Shown here piece after piece: positions 47,254 through 55,792 of a DNA stretch of 64,000 bases. Source of the DNA: an uncultured Brevinematales bacterium (GTDB lineage: Bacteria; Spirochaetota; Brevinematia; Brevinematales; CAYRWR01). Location: positions 18,704-82,703 of the forward strand of contig CAZIAD010000011.1 in assembly GCA_964537555.1 (NCBI GenBank), given 5' to 3'. The notes beneath the pieces are model-generated. The model saw only the letters and a list, made by a program, of their open reading frames with translations, searched no databases and was not told the DNA's origin. Positions within the stretch are counted from its first letter, which is position 1. Each line of letters starts with the position of its first letter. Made by a program: the position numbers and the translations under genes.

Positions 47254-47278
47254 TTAAAAGGGGCAATGCCCCTTTTAA
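47254..47278 (+). terminator. Intrinsic terminator-like hairpin between flgL and fliW
   Basis: aaaaggggc aat gcccctttt followed by aatcg. The stem is flanked by A- and T-runs. Confidence 0.6.
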
Positions 47279-47365
47279 TCGTTGAACAGACTAAAATAAG
47301 ATGAGCTGAAATCTTGAACTTTTTAGAGAAAAGTAATAAATTATTATGGGAATAAGGAGAATCTT

Positions 47366-47827
47366 TTGGAAAAGATTAAGACTCGTGCCTACGGTGAGAT
47401 TGAAGTCCCAGATAACTCGGCTATACACTTTAAACGAGGCATCATGGGATTTGAAGATCACGAGGACTATTACCTCCTTGAGATGAAAGACCTGGAGAAC
47501 TTTTACTGGCTCCAGTCCAAAGATGACAGTGAGCTCGCCTTCATCGTGATAGACCCCAGGGTATTTGTCCACGACTACAAGCTGGACATAGATGAAAACG
47601 ACTGGGAGATGCTGGAGCTGACTAATGCAGCCGATGCTATAGACCTGGTCATAGCCAATGTACCTGAAGACCCTGCGCAGATGTCGCTCAATCTGCTGGG
47701 ACCGGTAGTCATAAATGCCCAGAAAAAGATCGCCTTACAGGGGATTTCCAACAATTCCGAGTATGGGACCCGTCATATGGTGTTCCAGAACCAGGAAGAG
47801 GAAGAAAAAGTAGCCCAAAAGGCATAG
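47366..47827 (+). CDS. fliW: Flagellar assembly factor FliW (CsrA antagonist)
   Basis: TTG start after AAGGAGA. GEIEVPDNSAIHFKRGIMGFEDHEDYYLLE...FYWLQSKDDSELAFIVIDP is canonical FliW. Confidence 0.9.
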   Translation: MEKIKTRAYGEIEVPDNSAIHFKRGIMGFEDHEDYYLLEMKDLENFYWLQSKDDSELAFIVIDPRVFVHDYKLDIDENDWEMLELTNAADAIDLVIANVPEDPAQMSLNLLGPVVINAQKKIALQGISNNSEYGTRHMVFQNQEEEEKVAQKA

Positions 47828-47857
47828 GACCGAGCAGGACACGGAGGGGAAACAGAT

Positions 47858-48115
47858 TTGTTAGTATTGTCACGAAAGGAAAACGAATCCATCATCATCA
47901 ATGATGACATCGAGATAAAAGTGATCAGCCTGAGACAGGATCAGGTCAAGATAGGCATTGTAGCCCCTAAAAAGGTCAAGATCTACCGCAAGGAGATATT
48001 TGATGAAATACAGGCCGCTAACATCGAAGCTGCCCAGGGAGCAAATACACTGGACGCCCTGAAGCATGTGATCAAACAACAGGGTGAGAAAAAGGAGAAA
48101 AAGGATGGTCAGTAA
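47858..48115 (+). CDS. csrA: Carbon storage regulator CsrA
   Basis: [51 protein letters not shown] is canonical. TTG start. Follows fliW. Confidence 0.9.
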   Translation: MLVLSRKENESIIINDDIEIKVISLRQDQVKIGIVAPKKVKIYRKEIFDEIQAANIEAAQGANTLDALKHVIKQQGEKKEKKDGQ

Positions 48116-48326
48116 AGAAAAGCTCGAAATGCTGAAATATTACGAAAAAGGGCTGGAACTGTACCGCAATCGAAAATTTGAAGAATCCCAGAGTTATTTT
48201 AATAAGTGTCTGGAACTGGTACCGGATGACGGCCCTTCCCAGATCTATATAGACAGATGTCAGGCATTCATGCAGGAACCTCCTCCCGAAAACTGGGACG
48301 GGGTATTTGTGATGAAGACAAAATAA
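48105..48326 (+). CDS. Small helical (TPR-like) protein ending in a [15 protein letters not shown] motif
   Basis: ATG at 48105 after AAAAGGAGAAAAAGG, overlapping the csrA 3' end by 11 nt. [62 protein letters not shown]. Confidence 0.45.
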   Translation: MVSKEKLEMLKYYEKGLELYRNRKFEESQSYFNKCLELVPDDGPSQIYIDRCQAFMQEPPPENWDGVFVMKTK

Positions 48327-48339
48327 AGGAGAAAAGAAC

Positions 48340-48699
48340 ATGGCACAGCAGATAGACCCCTATCGCGATTATCTCACTAAGACTGAGCTGAGCGATTCCA
48401 CATTTTTTGATGGGGTGATGAAGTTTGACGATTCCCTCAGGATCAATGGTAAATATAAAGGCAGCGTGGTGGCTAAAGGACTACTGGTCCTGGGACCCAA
48501 GGCCCAGATCAAAGGCAACATCGAATGTGATGAGGTCATCATCGGAGGAGAGCTCCGGGGAAATGTGACGGCACACAAGAGACTGGAGCTGTTTGACTCT
48601 GCCAGACTCTATGGAGACATCAAGACTGCCAAACTGAAGATCGCCGACGGGGTGGTCTTTGAAGGCAAATGTGAGATGACCAAAGTAGACAACAACTAA
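48340..48699 (+). CDS. Bactofilin-family cytoskeletal protein
   Basis: LRINGKYKGSVVAKGLLVLGPKAQIKGNIECDEVIIGGELRGNVTAHKRLELFDSARLYGDIKTAKLKIADGVVFEGKCEM is a typical bactofilin beta-helix repeat pattern. Confidence 0.8.
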   Translation: MAQQIDPYRDYLTKTELSDSTFFDGVMKFDDSLRINGKYKGSVVAKGLLVLGPKAQIKGNIECDEVIIGGELRGNVTAHKRLELFDSARLYGDIKTAKLKIADGVVFEGKCEMTKVDNN

Positions 48700-48730
48700 G
48701 CTTTGTCATTACAACAGAAAGAATTACTTT

Positions 48731-48768
48731 TAATATTGTATTGACAATATTGCGATTTCTATGTATTA
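48731..48768 (+). promoter_or_regulatory. Sigma-70-like promoter with overlapping palindromic operator upstream of the STAS gene
   Basis: TTGACA (48740-48745), 17-nt spacer, TATTAT (48763-48768). The palindrome aatattgt-attg-acaatatt (48731-48750) overlaps the -35 element. Confidence 0.45.
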
Positions 48769-48806
48769 TTAAGTACTCAACTGAATTTACTTGGGTGGAG
48801 GATTAA

Positions 48807-49142
48807 ATGGTAGATACAGAAAAAAACGGTAATGTTATTATTTTAAAAGTATCCGGCAGACTGGAGATCAACCAGGCCCTGGAACTGGAAGAAGTAATCA
48901 ACACCCATATAAACAGCGGAAGTAAATTCTTCGTATTTGACCTGGGAGATGTACACTATCTGAGCAGCAGTGGTATACGGGTATTTATTGCCACTCTGAG
49001 ACAGCTCAAAGACCTGGAAGGCAGACTCATTTTGAGCAATCTCAGCCCTAATGTAATAAAGACATTAAAGATCGTAGAACTAGATGGACTCTTCGAGATA
49101 ATCAATGGCGTAGATGACGCTGTGAAGGTGCTTACTGCCTAA
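48807..49142 (+). CDS. STAS-domain anti-sigma-factor antagonist (SpoIIAA-like)
   Basis: VIILKVSGRLEINQALELEEVI...FVFDLGDVHYLSSSGIRVFIATLRQLKDLEGRLILSNLSPNVIKTLKIVELDGLFEI, with the conserved Ser in YLSSSG. Confidence 0.8.
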   Translation: MVDTEKNGNVIILKVSGRLEINQALELEEVINTHINSGSKFFVFDLGDVHYLSSSGIRVFIATLRQLKDLEGRLILSNLSPNVIKTLKIVELDGLFEIINGVDDAVKVLTA

Positions 49143-49555
49143 TGAGCAGCCGTCTACTGCTCTCATTAGCCGGCTTTATCCTGATCGTAGGAGGAGGAGC
49201 TCTTTGGCTGGGTATCCAGTGGCTCAAAAGAAAAAAGTTAAAAGAGAACCTTCTTTCCTTACCCAAGGAAAGAAGGTTTTTTTGGTATCAGCTCAAAGAG
49301 GCGGGCTATGAGATACTGGCCCGGGAACAGGAAAAACAGGCTTCTCTGTATATCAATGGAGAAAAAAGAAAGATCGGCCTTAAGCTGGAATTTATGGCCC
49401 GCATACAGCGCCGGACCTATGCCTGTGTTTTTTCCGGAGGCCTGCCTGAATCCGAGCTGCTAAAATTGTTTTACGTATATATTTTTGTATTCCGGGTCCA
49501 AGGGGTGATCTTTTTCGATGAAGAGACCAAGTCCCTGCAGATCTGGGAAGAATAA
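49142..49555 (+). CDS. Membrane-anchored hypothetical protein, translationally coupled to the STAS gene
   Basis: TAATG stop/start overlap. One N-terminal TM (LLLSLAGFILIVGGGALWLGI). No family recognised. Confidence 0.4.
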   Translation: MSSRLLLSLAGFILIVGGGALWLGIQWLKRKKLKENLLSLPKERRFFWYQLKEAGYEILAREQEKQASLYINGEKRKIGLKLEFMARIQRRTYACVFSGGLPESELLKLFYVYIFVFRVQGVIFFDEETKSLQIWEE

Positions 49556-49566
49556 AGCAGGTATCA

Positions 49567-50736
49567 ATGAAAGAAAAAGTAGTATTACTGGGCGGCACCG
49601 GCTCTATCGGTAAATCCTCTCTGGATGTCCTGAGAAGCTATCCCCGGGACTTTTACCTGGTGGGAGTGAGCGGCCATAACAATCTGGAAGAACTGGCCCT
49701 CATCATACAGGAATTTACCCCTCAGTATGTCTGTCTCAAAGAAGAAGACAGCGAATTTATAGACCGCTTCCCGGGTATCAATTTTGCCTGGGGAGAGACC
49801 GGGATCATCGAGCTGGCAGAGCTCTCAGAAGCGGACACCGTCATCAATGCCATACCCGGTATGGCAGGACTGGCCCCCTGTCTGGCCGCCATCCGCAAGA
49901 ACAAACGTATACTTTCTGCCAATAAAGAGGCCTTTGTGGCCGCCGGTGAGATCATCAATGCAGAACTGGATAAAAGCGATGCTGTGATCCTGCCCGTCGA
50001 TTCGGAGCATAATGCCATATTCAATCTATTTACCCGATTTGACCGTAAAGATATAAGCGCCATAAAGCTGACCGCTTCCGGTGGCCCTTTCCTGCGCCGT
50101 GAGATCACCGAGGATGTGGCTATAGCGGATGTGCTCAAGCACCCTACCTGGAATATGGGCCCCTACATCACAGTCAATTCAGCCACCATGATGAATAAAG
50201 GATTCGAAGTCATAGAGGCCCATCACCTGTTCCGCATCGACTATGATCGGATCAAAGTCCTGATCCATCCCCAGTCCCAGGTACACGGCCTCATCGAGAC
50301 TATAGACGGTTCCCAGTTTATCTGTGCTTCTCCCAATGATATGCGCTATCCCATCGCCCTCTCTCTGTTCTATCCCCGCATTCCTGCAGATCCGCCCTTT
50401 GGAAAGATCGATATGAGGCACCAGTCCTGGGAATTTGAAGAACCAGACTGGCAGAAGTTTCCCCTCCTCAAACTGGCCTATGAGGTGGGTGAAGCCGGAG
50501 GGATATTGCCCGCAGTACTGAATGCGGCTAATGAGATAGTAGTAGAAAAATTCCTGGCGGGCTTTCTGCCCTTTATATACATACCCGAGATCATCAAACA
50601 GATCGTAGACCGATTTGAGAATATCTCCCAGCCCCGCCTCGAAGAGATCCTCATAGCTGATAAAAAAGCCCGCATCATGGCCCTGGACATCATGAATGCC
50701 ATACTGGAACAGATCCCCGACCCAGAATCAGAATAA
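49567..50736 (+). CDS. dxr: 1-deoxy-D-xylulose-5-phosphate reductoisomerase
   Basis: VVLLGGTGSIGKSSLDV, LPVDSEHNAIF, LTASGGPF, HPTWNMGPYITVNSATMMNKGFEVIEAHHLF. Confidence 0.9.
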   Translation: MKEKVVLLGGTGSIGKSSLDVLRSYPRDFYLVGVSGHNNLEELALIIQEFTPQYVCLKEEDSEFIDRFPGINFAWGETGIIELAELSEADTVINAIPGMAGLAPCLAAIRKNKRILSANKEAFVAAGEIINAELDKSDAVILPVDSEHNAIFNLFTRFDRKDISAIKLTASGGPFLRREITEDVAIADVLKHPTWNMGPYITVNSATMMNKGFEVIEAHHLFRIDYDRIKVLIHPQSQVHGLIETIDGSQFICASPNDMRYPIALSLFYPRIPADPPFGKIDMRHQSWEFEEPDWQKFPLLKLAYEVGEAGGILPAVLNAANEIVVEKFLAGFLPFIYIPEIIKQIVDRFENISQPRLEEILIADKKARIMALDIMNAILEQIPDPESE

Positions 50737-50762
50737 AGGCATTAGCCGAACCTGCATCCAGC

Positions 50763-50791
50763 TTGAAATATCCCCACAGCAATGCTACACT
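50763..50791 (+). promoter_or_regulatory. Sigma-70-like promoter upstream of the minimal cyclase-like gene
   Basis: TTGAAA, 17-nt spacer, TACACT. This leaves a ~110-nt leader before the ATG at 50909. Confidence 0.35.
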
Positions 50792-50908
50792 ATTTAGAGA
50801 CAGGGAATCAGTATAAAAAACTGCCGCATGACAACCAGTGGACCGGCGACATTCTCCTTTACTGTCAGACATAGGGGCTGACGTTAAACCACACAACAGG
50901 AGGATATT

Positions 50909-51430
50909 ATGAATTGGAACGAGATCATCACCCCCCAGGATCACAGCCTGCTCATCGCGGGGTATGACATCCGTAAATCAGATCGTCTTATGAAAAAACA
51001 GGATTCACAGTCTGTATTCCATATGCTGGATGACCTGGCCCGGCTGGCCCAGGAACTGATCATCCCCGCTCAGGGCAGACTGATCAAGCTGCTGGGAGAC
51101 AGTGCTCTCATCGTATTTCCCGAAAAAAACAGCGACGCCGGTATCAACATCATGATGGAACTGCAAAACAAAGGAGAACGGCTATTGGCCCGTTATTCTC
51201 CCCTCACCCTGTCAGTATTCTGTCATGTCGGAGATGTGACTATAGGCCCCATGGGCCCTCACCGGCAGCTGGACATCATCGGAAAAGCGGTGAACACCCT
51301 GTTCAAACTGGAGCATGACTACCCTCAGCAGAAGCTGGTGATCAGCCCTCAGGCTTTTCGTAAGCTCCGGAAAGAGACCAGGGAACGCTATCATAAATTC
51401 ACGCCGCCCGTAGTCTATTTCGGCCAATAG
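50909..51430 (+). CDS. Stand-alone class III nucleotidyl-cyclase-homology-domain protein (possibly degenerate)
   Basis: LLIAGYDIRKSD, GRLIKLLGDSALIVFPE, LSVFCHVGDVTIGPMG..RQLDIIGKAVNTLFKLE and KLVISPQAFRKL follow the cyclase homology domain order. Both metal Asp positions are present, and Lys sits where the transition-state Arg is expected. Confidence 0.45.
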   Translation: MNWNEIITPQDHSLLIAGYDIRKSDRLMKKQDSQSVFHMLDDLARLAQELIIPAQGRLIKLLGDSALIVFPEKNSDAGINIMMELQNKGERLLARYSPLTLSVFCHVGDVTIGPMGPHRQLDIIGKAVNTLFKLEHDYPQQKLVISPQAFRKLRKETRERYHKFTPPVVYFGQ

Positions 51431-51475
51431 GTTGGCATGGATCCCCTGTCTCTATTTTTTTAGGAAGGAAATATT

Positions 51476-52102
51476 TTGAAAGACATCAGACAAAAACTGG
51501 CCTCCTATGCCAGGCTCCTCTACAAAAGAGCTTACAGTATAGCCACTGAAGGTAATCTCAGCGTGCGCCTGGAGGACGATCAATACCTGATCACCCCCAG
51601 TAAATGTATCAAACACTTTATTAAGCCCGCACAAATGGTACTGATAAATGATAAAGGGGATATGTCAGACCCGGTTCAGTCTGCCAGCACGGAGCGCTAC
51701 ACCCACCTCGAGATCTACAAGCAAAACCCTCAGGCCCAAGCCATCGTCCATGCCCACCCTCATTATGTACTATTATGTTCAATAGCGGGCCTGGATCCTT
51801 TTGCCCGTCCCTTTCTCATAGAAAGTGCCCTCTTTCTGCCCAGGGTCCGCTACGGGGGATTTGCCCTGCCCTCCAGTCAGGATGGGGCCCGGGCGGTACG
51901 TGACATTTGTGCCGGCACCCAGGCTATAATTCTGGAAGGCCACGGCTGCTTTACCTGGGGAGACAGCCTGGAACAGGCCTTTTCCCTGCTCGAAGTCATG
52001 GAAAAGACGGCCCGTATGTATTATGAAGCCCATGCTGCCGGCCTGGAATTGCGCTATCTCGGCAGTGAAGAGCTGGCCGCTTTGCGCAAAGTACGGTATT
52101 AA
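51476..52102 (+). CDS. Class II aldolase/adducin-family protein (L-fuculose-phosphate aldolase / MtnB-like)
   Basis: TTG start. ATEGNLSVRL, ITPS, HLEIYKQNPQAQAIVHAHPHY, LEGHGCFTWGDSLEQAF. Confidence 0.75.
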   Translation: MKDIRQKLASYARLLYKRAYSIATEGNLSVRLEDDQYLITPSKCIKHFIKPAQMVLINDKGDMSDPVQSASTERYTHLEIYKQNPQAQAIVHAHPHYVLLCSIAGLDPFARPFLIESALFLPRVRYGGFALPSSQDGARAVRDICAGTQAIILEGHGCFTWGDSLEQAFSLLEVMEKTARMYYEAHAAGLELRYLGSEELAALRKVRY

Positions 52103-52145
52103 GAAAACAGGCTGAGCCTATCCGGAATAAATCCCTGGAGGACTA

Positions 52146-52649
52146 ATGAAGAAGAAATATGATTCCCCTCTCTATCTGAATAAGACTGCTTCTCCGGATG
52201 CTGCCGGGCTCAAGGAAGAGATACAACATATATTGTCCAGTGAGTCTTTTGCCGTGCTGTCTACCCAGGGAGAGGGGCAGGCCCACAGTTCTCTCATCAG
52301 TTTTTCCAGTTTTGATGATCTGAGAAAGCTGGTATTTTCTACCCCCACCCAGACACGAAAATATGAGCTGATATCCCGGTCTGCCCAGGTATCCATACTG
52401 GTAGACACCCGCTGCCAAAGCCAGGGCAGTATCAATCATATAAAGGCAGTCACCATCAGCGGTAGGGCCCGTATCATTGCCTCCGGGCCTGAATCCCAGG
52501 AATACGAAGAAATACTGCTGAGTGATTATCCCAATCTGGAATCATTCATAAAGGCTCCTACCAGCTCCGTGATAGTAGTGGATGTACATCACTACCACTA
52601 TGTGCGCAGCTTTCAGGAAGTCCTGGAATGGGATCCAAATGGGATATAG
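52146..52649 (+). CDS. Pyridoxamine-5'-phosphate-oxidase-like FMN-binding split-barrel protein
   Basis: ILSSESFAVLSTQGEGQAHSSLISFSSFDDLRKLVFSTPTQTRKYELISRSAQVSILVD fits the PNPOx-like pattern. 167 aa. Confidence 0.5.
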   Translation: MKKKYDSPLYLNKTASPDAAGLKEEIQHILSSESFAVLSTQGEGQAHSSLISFSSFDDLRKLVFSTPTQTRKYELISRSAQVSILVDTRCQSQGSINHIKAVTISGRARIIASGPESQEYEEILLSDYPNLESFIKAPTSSVIVVDVHHYHYVRSFQEVLEWDPNGI

Positions 52650-52704
52650 ATATAGGCAGGGTACTCCCTTATAAATAGGGAATTGTAAAAAATCCTAAAA
52701 AAAC

Positions 52705-52728
52705 AGCCCGGGAGTTTTATCCCGGGCT
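52705..52728. terminator. Bidirectional intrinsic terminator between convergent genes
   Basis: agcccggga gtttta tcccgggct, flanked by an A-run (52697-52703) and by tatttatt. Confidence 0.65.
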
Positions 52729-52751
52729 ATTTATTATTTCATTAAAATGTC

Positions 52752-53801
52752 TTATTCTGCAACAGCCTCTTTCATGACTTCATCCTTGTCCAGGACTCTG
52801 ATATAGCCCCCAAAGACCCAGCCTACTTCACCCTTTTCATTACGGATCTTGTACCAGTAGTCATTCTTGCCATCGATGATAAACTTGATCTTGGTCTTTT
52901 CGATAATGGTGGACAGTTCTCCCACATCCAGCATACCTTTTACAGCCGAGCGGGTATTGGCCTCAGACCTCATGTTCAGCTTACTGGCTGTGACTACACT
53001 ATAGGATTTGCTTAGCTCGATATTCTTCAGGGCTTTTAATAATAATGACTTAAGTTCCTGATTGTTCTCGGGGGCATATAAATAGCCCTTGGCCAGGACA
53101 TCCTGGGCTCCGGCATACTTTTCCTGACCCATAAATTCTGCCAGTATGGCAAAACTGGAGTCGAAACTGTAATCATTGATCTTCTGATTGAGGTACTTCA
53201 CGATGCCGCTGTAGGAAGTCTTGGCTTTGATGCCAGTCAGGGCTTTAGCACAATCTGCTGTATTCATACCTTTATTCATATGATCCAGTAAGGGCTGAGA
53301 TGCCTTGGCTGACCCGGTATTACCCAGGGCCTCTATCACTCTTTTAGTATTATTCCCTTTCTTCAGCTCTTCAATCAGTACATTTACTGCTTTTTCATCA
53401 TCAAAATAGCCCAGGGCATAGAGGGCGTGTTCCCGTATCACATCTTTTTCTGATGTTGTCTTGTATACTTTGAGTAAGACAGGCAGGTTGGAATCTATTT
53501 TTAATTTCCCCAGGCTCAGCACTACCTTAGACCGCACATTATCATCATCTATCTCCAGGGACTGCAGGAGCTGAGAATTTCCGCTCTTCACATCAGCGTT
53601 TCCCAGGATCTCGGCTGCCTGGGCCCGCTTAAAGGAGTCCTGATTGGTCTCCAGGGTACTTATCAGTATCTGTTGGGCTACCGCATCACCTGCTTTTGCC
53701 TTCATTTCCAGATCTGCCCAGTCCAGGCTGGCACCGCCTCCCTTACACCCGGCAAAACTGAGAATAAACAATAAAAGAACACTTCTAGTCAGCACCTTCA
53801 T
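52752..53801 (-). CDS. Lipoprotein with HEAT/ARM-like repeats and C-terminal SH3b domain
   Basis: ATG at 53801 after GGAGG gives MKVLTRSVLLLFILSFAGC (lipobox). HEAT-like units (RAQAAEILGNADV, VRSKVVLSLGKL, REHALYALGYF). C-terminal LNMRSEANTRSAVKGMLDVGELSTIIEK...DYWYKIRNEKGEVGWVFGGYI is SH3b-like. Confidence 0.6.
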   Translation of the reverse strand: MKVLTRSVLLLFILSFAGCKGGGASLDWADLEMKAKAGDAVAQQILISTLETNQDSFKRAQAAEILGNADVKSGNSQLLQSLEIDDDNVRSKVVLSLGKLKIDSNLPVLLKVYKTTSEKDVIREHALYALGYFDDEKAVNVLIEELKKGNNTKRVIEALGNTGSAKASQPLLDHMNKGMNTADCAKALTGIKAKTSYSGIVKYLNQKINDYSFDSSFAILAEFMGQEKYAGAQDVLAKGYLYAPENNQELKSLLLKALKNIELSKSYSVVTASKLNMRSEANTRSAVKGMLDVGELSTIIEKTKIKFIIDGKNDYWYKIRNEKGEVGWVFGGYIRVLDKDEVMKEAVAE

Positions 53802-53819
53802 AAAAACCTCCACCACATA

Positions 53820-55559
53820 CTATATTTTTTTTGCTTTAGAAATAATATCTCCAATGGATAAATAATATATTTTAGCATCATCGGTAACGATCTTAAGAAT
53901 ATCAGTACTGATGAAATTAATGGAGCGCATATTTCTGGTCTCTTCAAAGATCTGCACTTTGGAGATCACACCATTGATATCGCTGAACACCAGATACCGG
54001 GTCGGTTTTCCCTCATCCAGCATGAAAAATCTGTCATTGGCAGGAAAGCTTATGATGCGCGAGGGCTGTGAGGAAAAGAGGTCCCCTTTGTACATAGTGA
54101 GGCAAATCCTTCCGCTATTGAGGTCTATCACACTCCAGGTTCCACTGCTGCTCCGGGAAGACAGGAAGACAAAATTCTCACTGATAGAGACAAAATGATA
54201 ACTATCCGACAGATTAAACAAGGTATTGATACTGGCCTTATCCAGGTCAAAAGACAGAAGCTGGTTATTCATAGCCACTACACCCAGTTTTTCACTGCTG
54301 GTCTTGAGCCAGGTATTTCTCATGTCCCAGGGGGCTGTCAGCACATTCTCCAGTTTGGATTCGAGATCCCAAATCAGGATCTGGTTATGATCATAACTGA
54401 TCCTCTTGCTAAAACTTTTATTATAGAACACTGTTTTCTGCATGCTGAATTCTTTCTTGTCCTGAATGCGTCCATAGCGGTCAAAAACAATATAGTCTGT
54501 CACTGTGATAGAGTCACTTTCATTATCTTTTAAGAGCAGGAGGATCCTGTCCCCCTCAGCAGAAAAATTAATACGGGTCAGGGTCTTATAGGCAAATCGG
54601 TGGCTCCGTATCAGTTTAAAGTACTTATCCAGAAAGACGACATCCACCCCGCTCTCAGAATCAATAGTATAGGGCAGTACCGACACTATCACCGGGGAAT
54701 TAAAGTGGCTGACGGTACAGAGGGGAGAATAGCTGTGCTTGGATATCTCATCCAGGGAACTGAGCTCACTTTGTTTTTTTATGCCTCTGGTCTTATCCAG
54801 CAGTATCACCTGATCTTCAGTGATAAGCAGGAAGTTTTTGTAATCATAAAAGATCTGAGAAGTATAATCCATCTCATTGTAGAGGTACTGTTTTTGATCC
54901 GGCATCTGCCCCAGGTTCAGTTCTATGGAGGTGGCACTGAGATTAGGGCTTAAGCCTGCCGGCCACAACAGGGGTAAAAAGGTCTGATTGTAATCGTTAA
55001 ACTCATAATTTACCAGTAATTTGATCTCGTTCAAAAGGCTGGAATAGGACATCAATGAGCCCTCAAATGTAATAGGGGCCAGCTCGGAAGCAATATTGAA
55101 TTCCTTTTTTTCCAGTACCGCGATCCTTTCCAGGACTTTTTTAGTATTGGCGTTTTTGAGATTGACTGTATATTTACCGGCGATCTTCATCACTTTGAAA
55201 TCTGAACTTCCTTTTTTGGGGATAGAAAATACATATTTATCGTACTGATGCAGGGGCAGCGAAGCCTGATTACTGAGCAGGGTCTTATTGATATAGGCTC
55301 GTTCCTGGAACAGATACAGCCAGTCATTGGTGGAGCTATACACTTCCACAGTCCGCCCTTTGGCATAGATATCGATCACTGGAGAATTGGTGTTTTGCTC
55401 CTTGAACACAAAACAGGGCTGGACCAGCCTCAGGGAGATCTTTTCATTGATGACTTTCACTTCTTCCTGGCCGGCCTTCTTTTTGGCATTTGCTTTGGCC
55501 CCTGACTGGGTGCATGCAGATAAAACAATCATAAATAATAAAATGAAGGCTTTTTTCAT
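53820..55559 (-). CDS. Lipoprotein with N-terminal SH3b-like segment and probable beta-propeller body, hypothetical
   Basis: MKKAFILLFMIVLSAC lipobox. FVFKEQNTNSPVIDIYAKGRTVEVYSSTNDWLYLFQERAYI is SH3b-like. The rest is beta-rich with WD-like strings (ILIWDLES) and no family is recognised. Confidence 0.5.
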   Translation of the reverse strand: MKKAFILLFMIVLSACTQSGAKANAKKKAGQEEVKVINEKISLRLVQPCFVFKEQNTNSPVIDIYAKGRTVEVYSSTNDWLYLFQERAYINKTLLSNQASLPLHQYDKYVFSIPKKGSSDFKVMKIAGKYTVNLKNANTKKVLERIAVLEKKEFNIASELAPITFEGSLMSYSSLLNEIKLLVNYEFNDYNQTFLPLLWPAGLSPNLSATSIELNLGQMPDQKQYLYNEMDYTSQIFYDYKNFLLITEDQVILLDKTRGIKKQSELSSLDEISKHSYSPLCTVSHFNSPVIVSVLPYTIDSESGVDVVFLDKYFKLIRSHRFAYKTLTRINFSAEGDRILLLLKDNESDSITVTDYIVFDRYGRIQDKKEFSMQKTVFYNKSFSKRISYDHNQILIWDLESKLENVLTAPWDMRNTWLKTSSEKLGVVAMNNQLLSFDLDKASINTLFNLSDSYHFVSISENFVFLSSRSSSGTWSVIDLNSGRICLTMYKGDLFSSQPSRIISFPANDRFFMLDEGKPTRYLVFSDINGVISKVQIFEETRNMRSINFISTDILKIVTDDAKIYYLSIGDIISKAKKI

Positions 55560-55792
55560 AATTGACCCCTGTCTAAATATTTACTCTATCATAAATAAAA
55601 TTGTAATTAGTAAAGCTAGTATACCATATACAATCTTAATTTTCAATAAGAAATTAGTTTATATATGATATTGATGATGGATTTAACAATATCTTGCCTA
55701 ACTCCATCCGATAATACTGATCACGATGACAGACGCCAAAATGGCCGTTCTATTAAAAAACATATTTTGCAGAATACCAAGAGGATCAGTTT

